Source: Octopus vulgaris
Lineage: Eukaryota
Direction of reading: 5' to 3'
Assembly (NCBI GenBank): GCA_951406725.2
Contig: OX597817.1
Span: 115,382,001 to 115,446,000 of the forward strand
DNA: 64,000 nucleotides
This document shows positions 1 to 14,577 of this stretch, in pieces. A program made the position numbers and the translations under genes. Numbering within the stretch: the stretch's first letter is position 1; each line of letters opens with the position of its first letter. The notes beneath the pieces are model-generated. The model was not told where the DNA came from and did not search any database. It saw only the letters and a program-made list of their open reading frames with translations.

Positions 1-17
1 CGAATACAATCGCTTTT

Positions 18-225
18 ACTATAGGTATAAGGCCTGAAATTTTTGGGAAAGGGACTGGTCTATTTCATTGACCCCAGTATTCAACAGGTACTTATTTTAT
101 CGATCCCCCGACAAGATGAAAGACAAAGTCGACCACGAGGCAATTTGAACTCAGAAGGTAAAGACAGACCAAATGCGGCTATACATTTTGTCCGGCTTTC
201 TAACGATTCTACCAGCTCACCACCT
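18..225 (-). mobile_element. tRNA-derived SINE, family A (head ~GGCGGCGAGCTGGCAGAATCGTTAG..., core GAGTTCAAATT-GGTCGACTTTG)
   Basis: The reverse complement shares the B-box-like GAGTTCAAAT and GTCGACTTTG core with dispersed copies at 23060, 29850, 38610, 42495 and 59767. Confidence 0.8.
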
Positions 226-1215
226 CAGAAAAACTTCATGATGTACTTGTAGATATAATATATTTAAAAAATTAGTAATAATACGGAAAAGTACCTGACC
301 GAAAGGCAAAACAACGGTGTATATGAATTCACAGACAATGGACTGGTCATTCCTTTCTTCTTTGTATTGTGTTTGCTAACATTGCTAGGCATAGTTAACA
401 CTAGATATAAAATCCCGTCGCAAATTATAGGAGCTCTATTACCAAAAAATTTACACGCCTTTCATTAGCTTGCTGTGTTACGTTTAAAGTGTTTCATGAG
501 GATAGCCTGAGGAAGTACGGTTGCTACTGTATTTGCAAGTGTATTTCACACTGCAGGGAGACAAACATTTCACTGGGGCAACGGCGATTCAGTGCGTTTT
601 GAGACTCATTAAATACACAGCATTATATTTATTCCTGGGCCCTCCGAACCGTTTATTCTGCCTAATACATCTTTAATATTAGATAGTGTAGTAGATATCC
701 TATTATCAGAAAATTGTACATAGTCGCTCTTGATAAGGCAATATTGATTGAAAATAACAGAGAAAGTATTTCGTTTTCATTCCGGTTGTCAAATATTGTA
801 TTGAATCTTATTTTAAAAGAGATCTAATTCAAGCAAGTTCTCCATGTTAAATAAATTTCATTTAATATGAACAATAATATTATCATGTTTTCTGCGGAAA
901 TATTTGATTTCTATCTGTTGCTTTTAATGTATCAGACTGTTGCAATTCTAATTTAATTATGGTAAGTAAGAGATACAATATCGATGAACGTGCAGGAACA
1001 CGAATGAATATATATAGTTGTCCAGTTATTATTTACGCCATATTTATGGATTAAATTTCATCTGAACAAAGCCCCTTCATAAGACCAAACACTTGAAGGT
1101 CAGTAGATATAAGGAATGAATTTAAATACTGAGATTGAAATATTAAAATTACATCAGTTCATACAGTGTAAATATAGGGATCAGAGTTTCCACGTGTGTG
1201 TGCCTATTTGTGTAC

Positions 1216-1281
<66 letters not shown>

Positions 1282-1284
<3 letters not shown>

Positions 1285-4200
1285 CATTGGTTGCTTGGAG
1301 CTAAGAGTATGACTTGAAAAGCAGCCTGCAACCTCTGCACCAGGCAAACAACTAAAAAACAAGAAACCACCAGTCCTGCGGTTGACAAGCTGGAATGTCA
1401 GGACCAAGTGCCCTGGAATATTTGATGATCTACCCAGGGTTGAAGACACAAAGAAAACGGCCATCATTGACCGTGAACTAAAGAGGCTTAACTTAGACAT
1501 TGCTGGGCTACAAGAGACAAGACTTCCCTCAAACGGCAAACTCAAAAAACAGAATTTCACCTTATTTTGGTATGGAAGCGATCCAAAAGAACTTCGTCAG
1601 CATGGCGTTGGCTTTGCAGTGACAAACTCATTACTCTCCTCAATAGAACCACCATCAGGAGGCACTGAGCGTATCATCTCACTGCGCCTCTCGACTTCTT
1701 CTGGCTCAGTACATCTACTCAGCATCTATGCTCCCACTCTCTACAGCTCAGAGGAGACCAAGGACCAGTTCTACAAAGATCTCAACTGTGTCATAAAAAC
1801 TATACCAACAACTGAAAATATCTACCTTCTAGGGGACTTTAACGCTCGCGTGGGATCTGACCATGATTCGTGGCCCATTTGTGTTGGACACTTTAGTATT
1901 GGCAACATGAATGACAATGGTCAGAGACTACTCGAATTCTGCACATACCATAAACTGTGCATGACAAACACATTCTTTACCAACAAGCCATCCCACAAGG
2001 CATCTTGGAGACATCCAAGATCTCACCACTGGCATCAGCTGGATCTCATCATTACACGGAGATCCTTTCTGAATTCTGTTCTAATAACCCGCAGTTACCA
2101 CAGCTCGGATTGTGACACGGACCACTCACTTATTAGAAGTAGGGTGAGGATTCTGCCGAAAAAAGTCCATCGCTCCAAAAAAGTGGGCCGACTACGCATT
2201 AACACTGCCAGAACCTCGGACCCTAGACTGCGAAAATGTTTTGCTGCTTCTATCAATGTTGCCCTCAGTATCTGCCCAACCTCCTCTGCTGAAGGTAGGT
2301 GGAATTATATCGGGGAAGCTTTGTATACCACATCAATAGATACTTTCGGCATGAGAGAAAGGCAAAATCCAGATTGGTTCAATGCTGGGCTCTCAGAGCT
2401 GGAGCCAGTTATCGAAGCAAAGCGTGCAGCTCTGATGCAATGCAAGAGTGATTCTTCTACAAAGTCACTCGAAGAACTCAGAAGGGCAAGAAATAAAACC
2501 CAACTGACAGCCAGACGCTGTGCAAATAGGTATTGGCAGGAAATCTGTCAGAGTATCCAGTCAGCTGCTGACAGGAGCGACACCCGTGGGATGTATGCCG
2601 GTTTGAAGAAGGCCCTCGGTCCATACGCAACCAAGTCGGCCCCTCTGAAATCAACTCTTGGAGATCTCATCAGGGATCAAAGCAAGCAAATGGATAGATG
2701 GGTGGAGCACTACCAGGATCTCTACTCACGGGAGACTACAGTAGCTGAGGCCGCAATCGAGAGTGTCAAGATCTTGCCAGTCATGTGCGAACTTGACAGT
2801 CCGCCATCTATAGCAGAGCTCACCAAGGCTATTCACTCCCTAGCAAGTAACAAGGCTCCGGGAAAAGACGGCATCCCCTCAGAGATCATCAAAGCCGGCA
2901 AAAACACCATCCTGCTTCGGCACCTTCATGAGCTTCTGTGTCAGTGCTGGGAAGAGGGTACAGTCCCTCAGGATATGCGGGGTGCAAACATCATTACGCT
3001 TTACAAAAACAAAGGTGACCGTGGTGATTGTAACAATTACCGTGGAATATCTCTTCTAAGCACTGTTGGAAAGATCGTTGCTCGTGTTGTCCTGGCCAGG
3101 CTACAACTACTTGCTTCTCGAATCTATCCGGAATCGCAGTGTGGCTTTAGAAGAAGCAGATCAACTATTGATATGATGTTCTCCATACGCCAACATCAGA
3201 AGAAGTCCAGAAAGCAGAAAATGCCACCATATATGGCCTTCATTGATCTAACAAAGGCCTTTGACTCGGTAAGTAAAAAAGGCCCCTTCATCCTGCTCCA
3301 AAAATCGGATGTCCACCAAAGCTGCTGAGGATCATCAAGTCTTTCCATGATGATATGCAAGGCACCATACAGCACAATGGTTCAACATCAGCCGCCTTCC
3401 AAATGAAGAACGGGGTAAAGCAAGGTTGTGTCCTCTCTCCTACATTATTTGGCATTTTCTTCTCGTTCTTGCTCTCACATGCCTTTCAGACATCAGATGA
3501 TGGAGTGTTTCTGCACAGTAGAAGTGACGGGAAACTGTTCAATCCCTCACGCCTGCGTGCCAAGACCAAAATCAGAAACGTCCTGATCAAGGAGATGCTA
3601 TTTGCTGATGATGCCGCTCTGGCATCACACACAGAAGAAGCCCTCCAAAGGCTCATTAACTGTTTTGAGCAAGCATGTAACGACTTTGGCTTAGCTATCA
3701 GCCTTAAGAAGACCAACATCATGGGTCAGGCTACATCGGACATCCCAAACATACATATTGAAGACCACAGATTACAGGAGGTGGAGAAGTTTACCTGTCT
3801 TGGCTCTACCGTCACCTACAACCTATCCCTTGACGCTGAGCTCAATATACGCATTGGCAAGGCAGCTGCTGCGATGGCCCAACTCTCCAAACGGGCATGG
3901 GACAACAATAAGCTGACCAAGACCACGAAAATGAAGATCTACCAGGCATGTGTACTTAGCACTCTACTGTATGGAAGTGAGACTTGGACGCTATACACAC
4001 GCCAAGAGCGTCGCCTAAACATCTTTCACCTGCGCTGCCTCCGGAAAATCCTCCGCATCAAATGGTAGAATCATATTCCCAACAAGGATGTCATCAAGCA
4101 AGCAGGAATACCAAGCATGTTTGCACTCCTCACACAAAGACTTATGAGATGGCTTGGGCATGTTAGCCGTATGAAAGATGGCAGAATCCCCAAGGACATA

Positions 4201-4615
4201 CTCTGTAGAGAGCCTGCTAGGGGTACTAGGTCTGTGGGTAGACCGTTCTTACGTTACAAGGATGTTTGCAAAAGGGACATCAAGGCCTGCAACATCAATA
4301 TTAGCAGTTGGGAAGCAATTGCCAGCAACCGTGGAGATTGGCGACGTACCGTAAAAGAGGGAATACAAAGGAGTGACAGAGAGAGAGAGGAGAAATGAAA
4401 AGACAAGAAAAGACGTCAACAAGAAACTATGACAATACAACCAGCCAGGAATAGTCTTCACTACATTTGCGGTACCTGCCAGAGGGAGTGTTTGTCCAGG
4501 ATAGGACTACACAGCCACAGCAGGAAATGTATCAGGGCATGAAATGTAAAAGCCGGACTGGGCTATTTTATGCGCAACTCCATTGTCTCCCGAGACGAAA
4601 AGGATGCCAACCAAT
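1282..4615 (+). mobile_element. RTE-clade LINE, near full length, inserted in a (TA)n tract
   Basis: Single long APE+RT reading frame; short 3' UTR ending GGATGCCAACCAA; (TA)n at 1221-1281 and TATATA directly after 4615. Confidence 0.93.
1382..4542 (+). pseudogene. RTE ORF (apurinic endonuclease + reverse transcriptase + C-terminal Cys/His motif) with one frameshift and two in-frame stops
   Basis: APE motifs SWNVRT, GLQETR, LGDFNARVG, DTDH. RT motifs KAPGKDG, YRGISLLS, QCGFR, FIDLTKAFDSV, GVKQGCVLSP, LFADD. Frameshift near 3300 (restoring one A gives LQKIGCPPKLL). TAG at 4066-4068 and TGA at 4396-4398; the frame then continues to CGTCQRECLSRIGLHSHSRKC and stops at 4540-4542. Confidence 0.93.
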
Positions 4616-4859
4616 ATATATATATGCAATATAAAATCCGTTCTCTCTGTCTGTGTGTGTGTCTTCGAAAATTGACTTCGAAACTGAAATAGCACTTCAT
4701 CGCAGAGCTTCATCGTGATATACAGACACTCAGCAATGAGTATATTGCTTCTTATAGTAGAAACAACAGTAAGCTAACGAAGTTCCTGGCATAATTTCTC
4801 ATTCATTTAATTTCTTACACAAACACACGCACACACATGTATATATATGCATGTATGTA

Positions 4860-5025
4860 GATTATAACTCCGGTTTCCCTAGAATTCCCGTCTACCAAAT
4901 TTATCTTCGATATAAGTCGGCTCGGAGCTACAGCAGAAGACACTTGCCGAACGTATCACCAAATATGATAGAACCCGGAACAAAATTACTGCAAAGTAAA
5001 CTTCCTAAAACGCGGGTCATGCTGG
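4860..5025 (-). mobile_element. Degenerate SINE family B copy (5' half)
   Basis: The reverse complement resembles 6102-6265 (TTCCGGGTTC..., GGCAAGTGTCTTCTGCT.TAGC, TTTGGTAGACGG). Confidence 0.7.
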
Positions 5026-6101
5026 GGTCTATGTATGAAAAGAAAATATTTAGAAACACATAAAAGGGACAAGTGAACATTACACCAATTTTGAATACTT
5101 GTTGGGAATAAGATTAAGAAATGCTTCAATTGTCAGACGCAGAAGTCCTAATATGTTCAACCATTCATGTTTCAGGACTCTTAAGGTATTTTGTATTCCG
5201 CGCATTATGTGTAGAAACACAAGTAACAACTAATAATGACTGACTTGTACTGACCATTTAGCATTGATAATTTAACGAATGCGTATATACATCGTTATAT
5301 ATGCTGGTAGTTGGAAATTTCTCTGTCAGTAGCAATGTAAATGTTTGCAAGTATTTACCGCTTAAGAAGTAAAGTATCAAATCACTTTCAGGAATTTTAT
5401 ATAAATATTTCAAAAATGTATAAGATTATAAACTTGAAAACACAACAATTTTCTTGAGAAACCAGCAAAAGTGAAAAGTAAGCTAAGACGTTAGACGTCT
5501 TTCACACGTGCCATAAACAATATAAGAAAACTAACAAAATACCTACCATCTTCTACGCTATTGATTTAGAAGTAAAATACATAACTATCAGGATAAAAAT
5601 AGACAATAAAATACAATTTCTAGTGTTTCATGAACCATAAATTACATTTAAAGATCAAAAAGATATCTTGTTAACTCCAATTGCAAATTAATAAAACCAA
5701 CAAAACAAGAGATAGCTAGAATCAGTACAAATGTTTAAGATTCTATCATTTCCAGCATTAAATGGGTCACTACACTTTCAATATGTAATAATAGATTATT
5801 TGTCAACAAGCAGCTGAGTTGTGTGGGTATTAATCACCTTTGAGAATTTATGTAGTCGACGTGGTAGAGGTCTTTCCGACTACGAATAGATCGATACTTC
5901 AAAAAGATTTAGAATTTGGTTAATGTTTTCCATCTAGTGATTAGGACTCTAATACAGGCTAGAGGTCTTTGTTATTTTAAATAATTTCTTTGAGGTTTAA
6001 AGTTAGAATTCCTGAATTATTTGTTGGGATGATGGAGCTGAGTCTTGTAAATGAACAAGACTACGTGTAGATTTAATTGCAAGAGATTCTGCTCAAACAC
6101 A

Positions 6102-6266
6102 GGCGCAGGAGTGGCTGTGTGGTAAGTAGCTTGCTAACCAACCACATGGTTCCGGGTTCAGTCCCACTGCGTGGCATCTTGGGCAAGTGTCTTCTGCTAT
6201 AGCCCCGGGCCGACCAATGCCTTGTGAGTGGATTTGGTAGACGGAAACTGAAAGAAGCCTGTCGTA

Positions 6267-6359
<93 letters not shown>

Positions 6360-6546
6360 TTGTGTGTCTGTGTTTGTCCCCCTAGCATGTCCCCATCACC
6401 TAGCGGTTCGGCAACAGAGACCGATAGAATAAGTACTGGGCTTACAAAGAATAAGTCCCGGGGTCGATTTGCTCGACTAAAGGCGGTGCTCCAGCATGGC
6501 CGCAGTCAAATGACTGAAACAAGTAAAACAGTAAAGAGTAAAGAGT
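6102..6546 (+). mobile_element. Full-length tRNA-derived SINE, family B, with internal (TA)n(TG)n and a LINE-like 3' tail
   Basis: A-box TGGCTGTGTGG, B-box GGGTTCAGTCCC, core TTGGGCAAGTGTCTT, internal microsatellite 6264-6360, tail GGCGGTGCTCCAGCATGGCCGCAGTCAAATGACTGAAAC followed by AGTAAAG repeats. Confidence 0.88.
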
Positions 6547-7244
6547 AACTGAATTCTAACTTCACCATCATGTTAGACTTTCTATTTTGCAAAATATAAT
6601 TATTGATTATATGGATGTAGTTAGGAATGTAATCAAAGCGTTAAGTGTTTTCAAAGCGACGAAGAAACTTACCTTCTTAGTTACAACTGGTAAATGCTGA
6701 CATTATAGTAAAATTATTGCAAAATTGCGGTACATTCATATAGATTCTAGAGTATTCATATAAATTCCAATATATTAATATATTTTACGTTGTTATTAAC
6801 CACAGAGTGAAAATAGATTTGTTTCTACTAATACTGAAAAAAAAAATGGCAAATTGCAGATCGTTGGGCAGTTATTTTACGTTGAACACCACGGCTTAAG
6901 ATACATCTGCCAAGCAATTATGCGGTTTCTTTTATATTAGGCCTAAAGACACAACGCAATTTTAGAGAATGGGTATGTAGTGAGATTGAGGTAAAACCAA
7001 ATATCTGTATCGAGTAGCCAGAAGCGAATGTCTTGCTTTACACTCCCCGCTGATATCGTGTAATTATAAGGCTTCATTTGTTATGTCAAATTCTTTACCA
7101 TTTGAATTTATCTCAGCCACAGGTCAAGAAAGTGAAGTTTTTCAGTATCTTAAATTTCTACAACTTTCTCTTTTGAGATTTTCTTTATATATATTACATA
7201 TACTTCAGCTATAGTTCAGTTGTTAACACATCGTATACTGTATT

Positions 7245-7316
<72 letters not shown>

Positions 7317-8530
7317 TTCTATGTAATACATATGCATAGCTCAGTTGTTTAAAATATCTATATTTCTGAATTTTTACGCTAACAGTAATTAAAGTGCCAT
7401 GTCTGTTTTAAATATAAATTATCATGGTTAATAATTCCCACTTTTTACTTTTACGTTTCTATACAATGAATTCAAACATCACGACTGAACATTTTAACAC
7501 GCTATAGCTCTCTATTTGAGACGAACCATTTACACTTATATAACTTACTTTTATACCTGTGCTACTCCATATCAGTTAGTGAATTAAATGACTGATGAAT
7601 AACGCCTCTGAGTTTCACAGGAAGCAAATATTCATTGACACGAAAATTCAAGAATTCCTCATGTAGCAAATCTCGGTGGCCTTAAAAGGCGTGAACACCA
7701 ATTGGGTGATATAATTGTCACCTTGGTTTGGCAATATGCAAATAGGAATCCGATAATCTTCTCTTTGGTAAGCGAAGCGAACATCAGAGAGATATTTTTG
7801 TCATCTGCTTTATCATTTCCATAGATACTCCATATACTTATATTACAAAAATATTCTTAAGCCAATGCGCCAACCATAAGCAAGTAATATCCCAATTATC
7901 TCAAATCAAACCCTGCCATATCAAACTAACAATATTTGCACGCCGGCCGTTGTACGTTATAACATTTTAAGTTGAATACATAGTGACTTTGATTTAAAGA
8001 TTTCAGTTTCTGTTAATGAAACTTTTAATTAAGTATAGCTTGCTCGTTGTACTGATTATAAGTGAGAGTGTAATTGATTTCAAAGATCAGGATATAAAAC
8101 CAGAGATTGGAATCCGAATGCAAAGTGTAATATAAGTTCAGAAATTCAGATATAAGCAAATGGAATAGTTTCGTAACACTTCAGCTCGATTTACTCCAAT
8201 TTTAGAATTCTCTAACCCCTCTTTCTTTTCCTGAACACTTGAAGGCTTGGCCAGAAAACATTTGAATAGTAACAATTGTAAACTACTTTATAATTATTAA
8301 CTTATGATGGTTTTATCCGCATCAAAATTGTTTTGTCATTGTATAAGAGCTTGATACTGGCCAGCGGTTTTAGGGAATGGTGCTTTATGTTATGGTCTTC
8401 AAAGAAAGAATAGTAAATTTGAATGCTGAACGTAAAGAACCGGAAGAAACCCCACTATGCTTTTAGTTAGATACGCCGACGATTATGTCTGTTGGTTGTG
8501 TTTAGTTGCTTTGTATATCATATGAGTGAA

Positions 8531-8810
8531 GGCGCGTGCCCTAGTGGCTAGGTTGTTACACTCACGATTATTAGATAGTGAGTTCGACTCTCGGACCAGG
8601 CAGAGCATTGTGTCCTTGAACAAAACACTTAGTTTCAGGTTGTTCCAGGCCACTCAACTGTAAATGGGTACCCTGCGGTGGAATAGACTTTCGATCAGAG
8701 GGAATGTTGGCCTGCTCTCCTAGCCAGCTGAGTAGCATCCTTCAAACGCTAAAATAATGCCAAGCACATTATGGCCAGCAATGTATAGCAACATTTAATA
8801 GTTTTGTAAA
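8531..8810 (+). mobile_element. tRNA-derived SINE, family C
   Basis: Head GGCGCGTGCCCTAGTGGCTAGG, B-box GAGTTCGACTC, core TGTGTCCTTGAACAAAACACTT; related copies at 22802 and 40330. Confidence 0.75.
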
Positions 8811-11404
8811 TACTGGGTTATATGAAATATAATCATGTAGAAAAGTTAGGCATAGAAAAACGAACATATCGAAGTAGGCTGAATACTTGGATTCGCAACT
8901 GTATGAAAGAAGCTGCAAATCTTATTTTAAAACTCGGTTGTGTTAAGTGCATTTAATGACAGATAATTCTGTATATTTTCCAATAATTATTGTTAGCAAG
9001 TATGTGATTTCTACATTGTAATGAAATGAAAATTTAACAGTTGAATACGAGATACCACCAAATAACGTTCATTTTCAAAACTGAAATTTTCTTCTCATGC
9101 AGTGATCTAAATATTTAATTATCCCAGTCTCCGAGTTTTCTCGTACCACAATCCGATAACAAATGTTACTACAAAACTGGACTAGCCATATGTCAGATCG
9201 CAACAAAAAATTATTTTGTTACATTATTAGAATACATTTAATATGAGAAGTATTTTAGACAAATCAACAGTTCAGTGCTCTTTGTCTAACGTGAATGTTT
9301 TATTTTCAGCTTGGTCTTATCGCTGTACTGAATATATAAATATAAACTTAACTCACAGTATTTCCTACAGCATGTTGGCACACCTAGAATAAAGTGCTAT
9401 GAGGCATCACTGCTTATTACTTTATGAAGAATCATCGTCCGATAAATATGGCCATATTCTTAACAGGGGAGACAATGGAATCACTATTTCATAAATATAA
9501 TGGGATATTAATCAAGAAATATTTAACATTTAACGACTTTATCATTGTAGTTTCCTTATTGTAGTTTTCCTTAAATTTGCCTGGGACAATAAGTTTATAT
9601 GTTACAATCTTTCGATCATTTAATCAAGGTATCCATCATCCCTGAAACATCAACTTGCATATGCAGAAATGATGGTAAAGTAATTATTTAATGAAAACTT
9701 GTTTGCATTCACGAAACTTCAATGAAGGTTCCAAGCAATAATTTTGTGAAATCAATTCCACGAGGAAAAGATTTCATTCAATTTCAGTTAAAAAGGTTCA
9801 TTAATTTTCTCAGATCTATTAAGGCTTTCAATCATTCACGGAAAGATTATTGGAAATGAAAACATATTAAGACTCAAATACATTTCATAATATTCAATGT
9901 AGGTTGTTGGGACACGAAATTATTATTCATAGTATTAACCTGCAAGATTTACTGTGACAGAGTCAAACATGCAGAGCCGAATTTGATTAATTAGATTTCA
10001 AATAATTATGACATTTTCCATTGTTATTTCGTATTGAATAGATTTGATAGAGAAAATCCACAATCTTTATTTGGTAAGAAATTCATCAACAAAGGAAGCT
10101 TTGAATTGAGAATGTAAACTAACGCTGCATGTTTTATCGCCCGCCTACGAGAGAATAAAAACAAATACAGTTTTACCAAGTAGAGTTGAATTTGTTCGAA
10201 CCTACAAAATAGAAAGCCGAATGTAAATAATCTCGCCCTCTATGTAGCATATCTACCAACTTTATCTCTTATATTAGCGAAAGAAGAAGCTCCTCACTGT
10301 CACTTGAAGTGGTAAATGTTGCAGCAAAATCATCTTTACATCGTACCCTATGTCTTGGGTACTGCAGAACAGGATGAAGAAAAAAAGACTGAATGGTCAT
10401 AGTTTAGACTACATGGCAACTTACATTCTTATGATTTTATTCAACACTATTTGAGATGATATAGAGTGATATATTATGAGAAATATTATTATTTTCTTGT
10501 TCTTTTTATCAACGAGGCCATTATCTTCACTATCCTTATCATCATCATAATAGAAGCGTGCGATTCTGCTTTATAAAACCAATATGCCAATCAAAACTGA
10601 GAGCACCATCGCTATTGTCACGTTGAGAATAAGAATGAATGAAAACAAAACATAAAAACCACCAGCTGGTTATAGTTAAATGAACAATTACGTACGAAAC
10701 CACATATGATTCAGAGTTTTGATAACCCACACAAACAAATTGTATGTGTAATTTGTTTGTAGGAAAAGAGAATTTCTTTCAAGAGACAAGAATCACAAAA
10801 TATGATTTGCAGAAAAAAAAAACTGATACTAATATTAAAAAAAAAACTTAGGAAAATAAATAAAAATCTACCCCCACCAGAAAATAAAGCAAAGCTCCAA
10901 CAAAATTGAAAACAGGAAAGGAATTTCAAAACAGCATTATTACGGAATGTAGTAATTGGAAAGCCTTGACTACCTGGGATTATAAAACCTTTTACGCTAT
11001 TCAGACACATGTGATACAAGAATTCATGACTAAATTATTTGTTACCTTAAGAGACTCCAGACTGTGCTTGAAGAGCAGAAAACATACAATGACACATAGA
11101 TCTCAGAAATAAGCAACGTAAAAATGAATAACAGTTCTTTTAGAAATATACCTATAATACAGGGATAAAAGTCTGTAGAACTCAAGTAGTAATGTTTTCA
11201 TGTATACATCGTACCATTCACACACAGACACAGATACACATAGACGCGCGCACGCACACACACACACACACACAGGTTGTTCAGACTAAATATGACAGTT
11301 TGCATAAAAAGACAAACATAATAAACATAATATCCCATCCCAAAATAAAAAAATAATATATTCCATAAAATCAAAAGATATGAACGAAACTGTCACTGGG
11401 AGAT

Positions 11405-11860
11405 AATAGTTTACTTAAAGTAGTCGTTCTTAGCTTCAATTGCGATCTCAAGACAACTCCGTAACCATGCGTTACTTATTGCGTCCCATATCCATTTCCT
11501 TTCGCTATATATGGCACTTCCTTCGAAAGCCCCTTCAATGCTTTTTCTACTTTTTTCCATCTCCATCCATTCCACCTTCCTACTCTCCTCTGAGTACACC
11601 TTGTAGGTAATGGTTTTCATTTACATATTTTCCATAACCCTTTTCGGGGTTAACAACTTTACGTCACCGCCCACCTTCTGCGTCATATTACTCAGCTCCT
11701 TCAGTCCGGCTAGGTCTACCTCCTTTTTCTACACCTCTGCAGCCTCACCAGAATTCTTTACTCTTTCCAAATGCTCGTCCATTCTATTTACCGCCTTAAC
11801 AAGCTCCTCCTCCACTGAAGACAGCTCATACTCGCTCGTAACTGATGATAACACTATCCA
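11405..11860 (-). pseudogene. Decayed coding-like fragment, probably retroelement-derived (ORF1-like, charged/coiled-coil)
   Basis: GC-richer island whose minus strand reads EEELVKAVNRMDEHLE...KELSNMTQKVGG...EESRKVEWMEMEK with few stops. No diagnostic motif recognised. Confidence 0.3.
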
Positions 11861-11956
11861 GAGCCAGTATGTTGAATTTTATGAGTCAAGGATAAACAAG
11901 GCAAAAATAATGCGAAAATATCATTTACTATTATGAAAACAATACACACGCATATT

Positions 11957-12040
11957 AAGGCGGCAAACTGGCAGAATTGTTAGCATGCTGGATGAAATGC
12001 TTAGCAGTATTTCGCCTGCTCTGTTCTGCGTTCAAATTCT
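11957..12040 (+). mobile_element. SINE family A, 5' fragment
   Basis: AAGGCGGCAAACTGGCAGAATTGTTAGCATG...GTTCAAATTC. Confidence 0.75.
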
Positions 12041-12412
12041 ATACGTGTGTGTGTATATATCTATACACACACGCGTAGAGATATGTAATTAAAGGATGTA
12101 GGTACAATTCTAATAAGAATATACTTAACAGCCTGTTTCTTGAATATATTTCTAAATATTTCCAAAATCAACATCTCATACGTGTTCCATATACTTCTAA
12201 GCGAACCATAAAGATACAAAAATGAATCTACGGTATTGATTTTTATGACATTATTTGTATATTATGAATGAATTTTCCTTAATATTTTATTTTGTTCGAT
12301 ATTTGCAGCACGAATTAATTTCCTGAGTACTCAGAACAGAAGCATTCAAGTTGCTTTCCGGGGTGGAATGATCAAGGTTTTGACCAAATTTTACGTTCCC
12401 TTGTATTATCTA

Positions 12413-12806
12413 CTAGCAGTATCGCCCGGCGTTGCTCGGGTTTGTAAGGGAAATAACTATACAACATTTTTAGAGAGTTATAGCCAAAAAATAGCAAAAA
12501 AATGCATTAAAAATGGAAAAAATATGATGGTAAATTTTTTTTTAAATCGTTGACTCATCGTTGACATTTTTAGAGAGTTACTTCCCTTTAAAAAATATGC
12601 ATGAAAATGGAAAAAAAATGATGGTAAATTATTTTTAAAATCGTAGACTCATCGTAGACGCGCGCTAATACCCAGAAGGGCTTGATATGAATCCCGTCTA
12701 TAAGATACCCGGTTTTGGTTAAACTGCACCGCAAAATGTGGGAGTAGTTAGGAATCTAAATCGTAGGAGACAGACACTCACACAACTTCACTTTTATATA
12801 TATAGA
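12413..12806 (-). mobile_element. Non-autonomous Helitron
   Basis: The minus strand starts TCTATATATATAAAA and ends with hairpin CCCGAGCAACGCCGGG then ATACTG-CTAG followed by T. It contains an internal ~100-bp tandem duplication (about 12464-12660). Confidence 0.85.
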
Positions 12807-13883
12807 CATATCTATGCATAAACCCAACGCTGTGCGGCGTCTTCATAATCCTTCTCACTGATTACATATTAAGATGTAATCATCTTAATATGTATTAAGA
12901 TTTATACCTCCAAATGCCTTCGTATAAATAAATCAGCTTTCTTCATAGTAGTTTCGCAACGAGTTAGTTGATAGAGTTGTTCGAACGTTAGTGCATAAGT
13001 GTAGCAAAAAATACTAAGTAGACGCTGGAGCGTCGGTTACGATATTCGTTTCGGTTCTCTACACTATGAGCTCGAATTCTGAAAAGTCAACTTTAGCTTT
13101 AACATTTTTGCATTCGATAAAATAATGTATCGACCCAAAACAATAATTATGCGATGAATTCTTGGAGAATCGAACGTCCTGCCTTTCGGCATTTGTTATG
13201 GCTATTTGCATTCTAAAATTTTCGATTAACGCTACAACATGATTCATGCGTGTTGTTTGCGGAGTCCACATGTATGCCACATCTTCGGCGTGAGAAAAAT
13301 TTCTTTGCTTTCTATTACATAAGGAAGTCATTACAAAAAAAAAAAGCCCGAAAGGTCTTTGTTATTGCTCTTCTCTTTCTCAATAAGGGGGAAAATAATT
13401 AGTTCTCATGTTGTATGATATTATACTGTTGGCATTAGTTTGTCAAACATATAGGAAGAGATGAGAATCAACCTTCGTTTATAAAAAGAGTTGTATTATT
13501 TCGACATGGATTTGCAGTGTATTTTCAGAAATTCTTTCACGTGGGTGCACGCAAAAATAAACCTCGCTTCCAGGAGCATAATCGCAAAGGAGAAGCACTC
13601 ATCAAAAATTATTTTAATTATTTTCATTGATCTCGGCATGACGTTGTCAAGTGTAGATACAGCGATAACTCGACATTTTAAATCATGCATTTACAAAGGG
13701 TATGCATTTCTAAGTGAGATATATCTTATCAAAAACTATTTAACTCATGAAGATCTCGGAAATAAACCACACTTCTGAAGTATGGCAATCTTGCTTCTTT
13801 CAATAAATATAACCATAACATATATGAAGCAATCAGTATTGCACCATGCCATTCATACGCATGAATGACATTGACCAAAGTTG

Positions 13884-14387
13884 TACACTCTCTCATGAAA
13901 AGTGTAGAAGTGGCTAATCTCTATCTAAATTTTAAAAAGAAACGCCTCTTAGACGGTCAGTCAGTACATCAGCTATAAAACTCAAGTGTACCTCACATTA
14001 AAATACGGTTCACAGATCTGACGTGTGAATGACAATTTCAACAAGACCGTTTTAATTATACACAACGTATATAAAATTAATACAAGAATTTACCTGCGTT
14101 GCCCTTTGGCTTTCGGCATATCTAAACTACCAATATGAAAACCCTCTTTACCAAATTTCCCTCCATTCATTTTCATATGTCCCTTCTGTCATATGAATTG
14201 TGGCTCCTGTCCAGAACCGTTCTTTTGTAAACTGAGGTTACATATATTATCTAAAATGATAGACTTCTGCAATTTACATTCCTTATGATATTTTACCTCT
14301 TGGCATTGGCGAGAAATTGTTAACTTAACAAGGATTGGCATCAAGCCATAATTTGTTAGGAGATCTAGTAAGAATGTATGCATGTTT

Positions 14388-14418
<31 letters not shown>

Positions 14419-14455
14419 CGTATATACGTATATACACACACATATATATATATAC

Positions 14456-14486
<31 letters not shown>

Positions 14487-14490
14487 AATA

Positions 14491-14523
<33 letters not shown>

Positions 14524-14524
14524 T

Positions 14525-14577
<53 letters not shown>

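Noticed and set aside
501-550. CTGAGGA followed by an 8-bp G:U-rich hairpin, HHR-like
   Set aside because: No GAAA after the hairpin and no stem I partner.
6102-6175. tRNA gene candidates at SINE heads (also 8531, 22802, 40600)
   Set aside because: A/B boxes run into SINE bodies and no full cloverleaf is evident; annotated as SINEs.
12858-12894. CTGATTA plus a perfect 14-bp hairpin TACATATTAAGATG/CATCTTAATATGTA
   Set aside because: No GAAA or stem III; more likely a local template-switch palindrome in AT-rich DNA.
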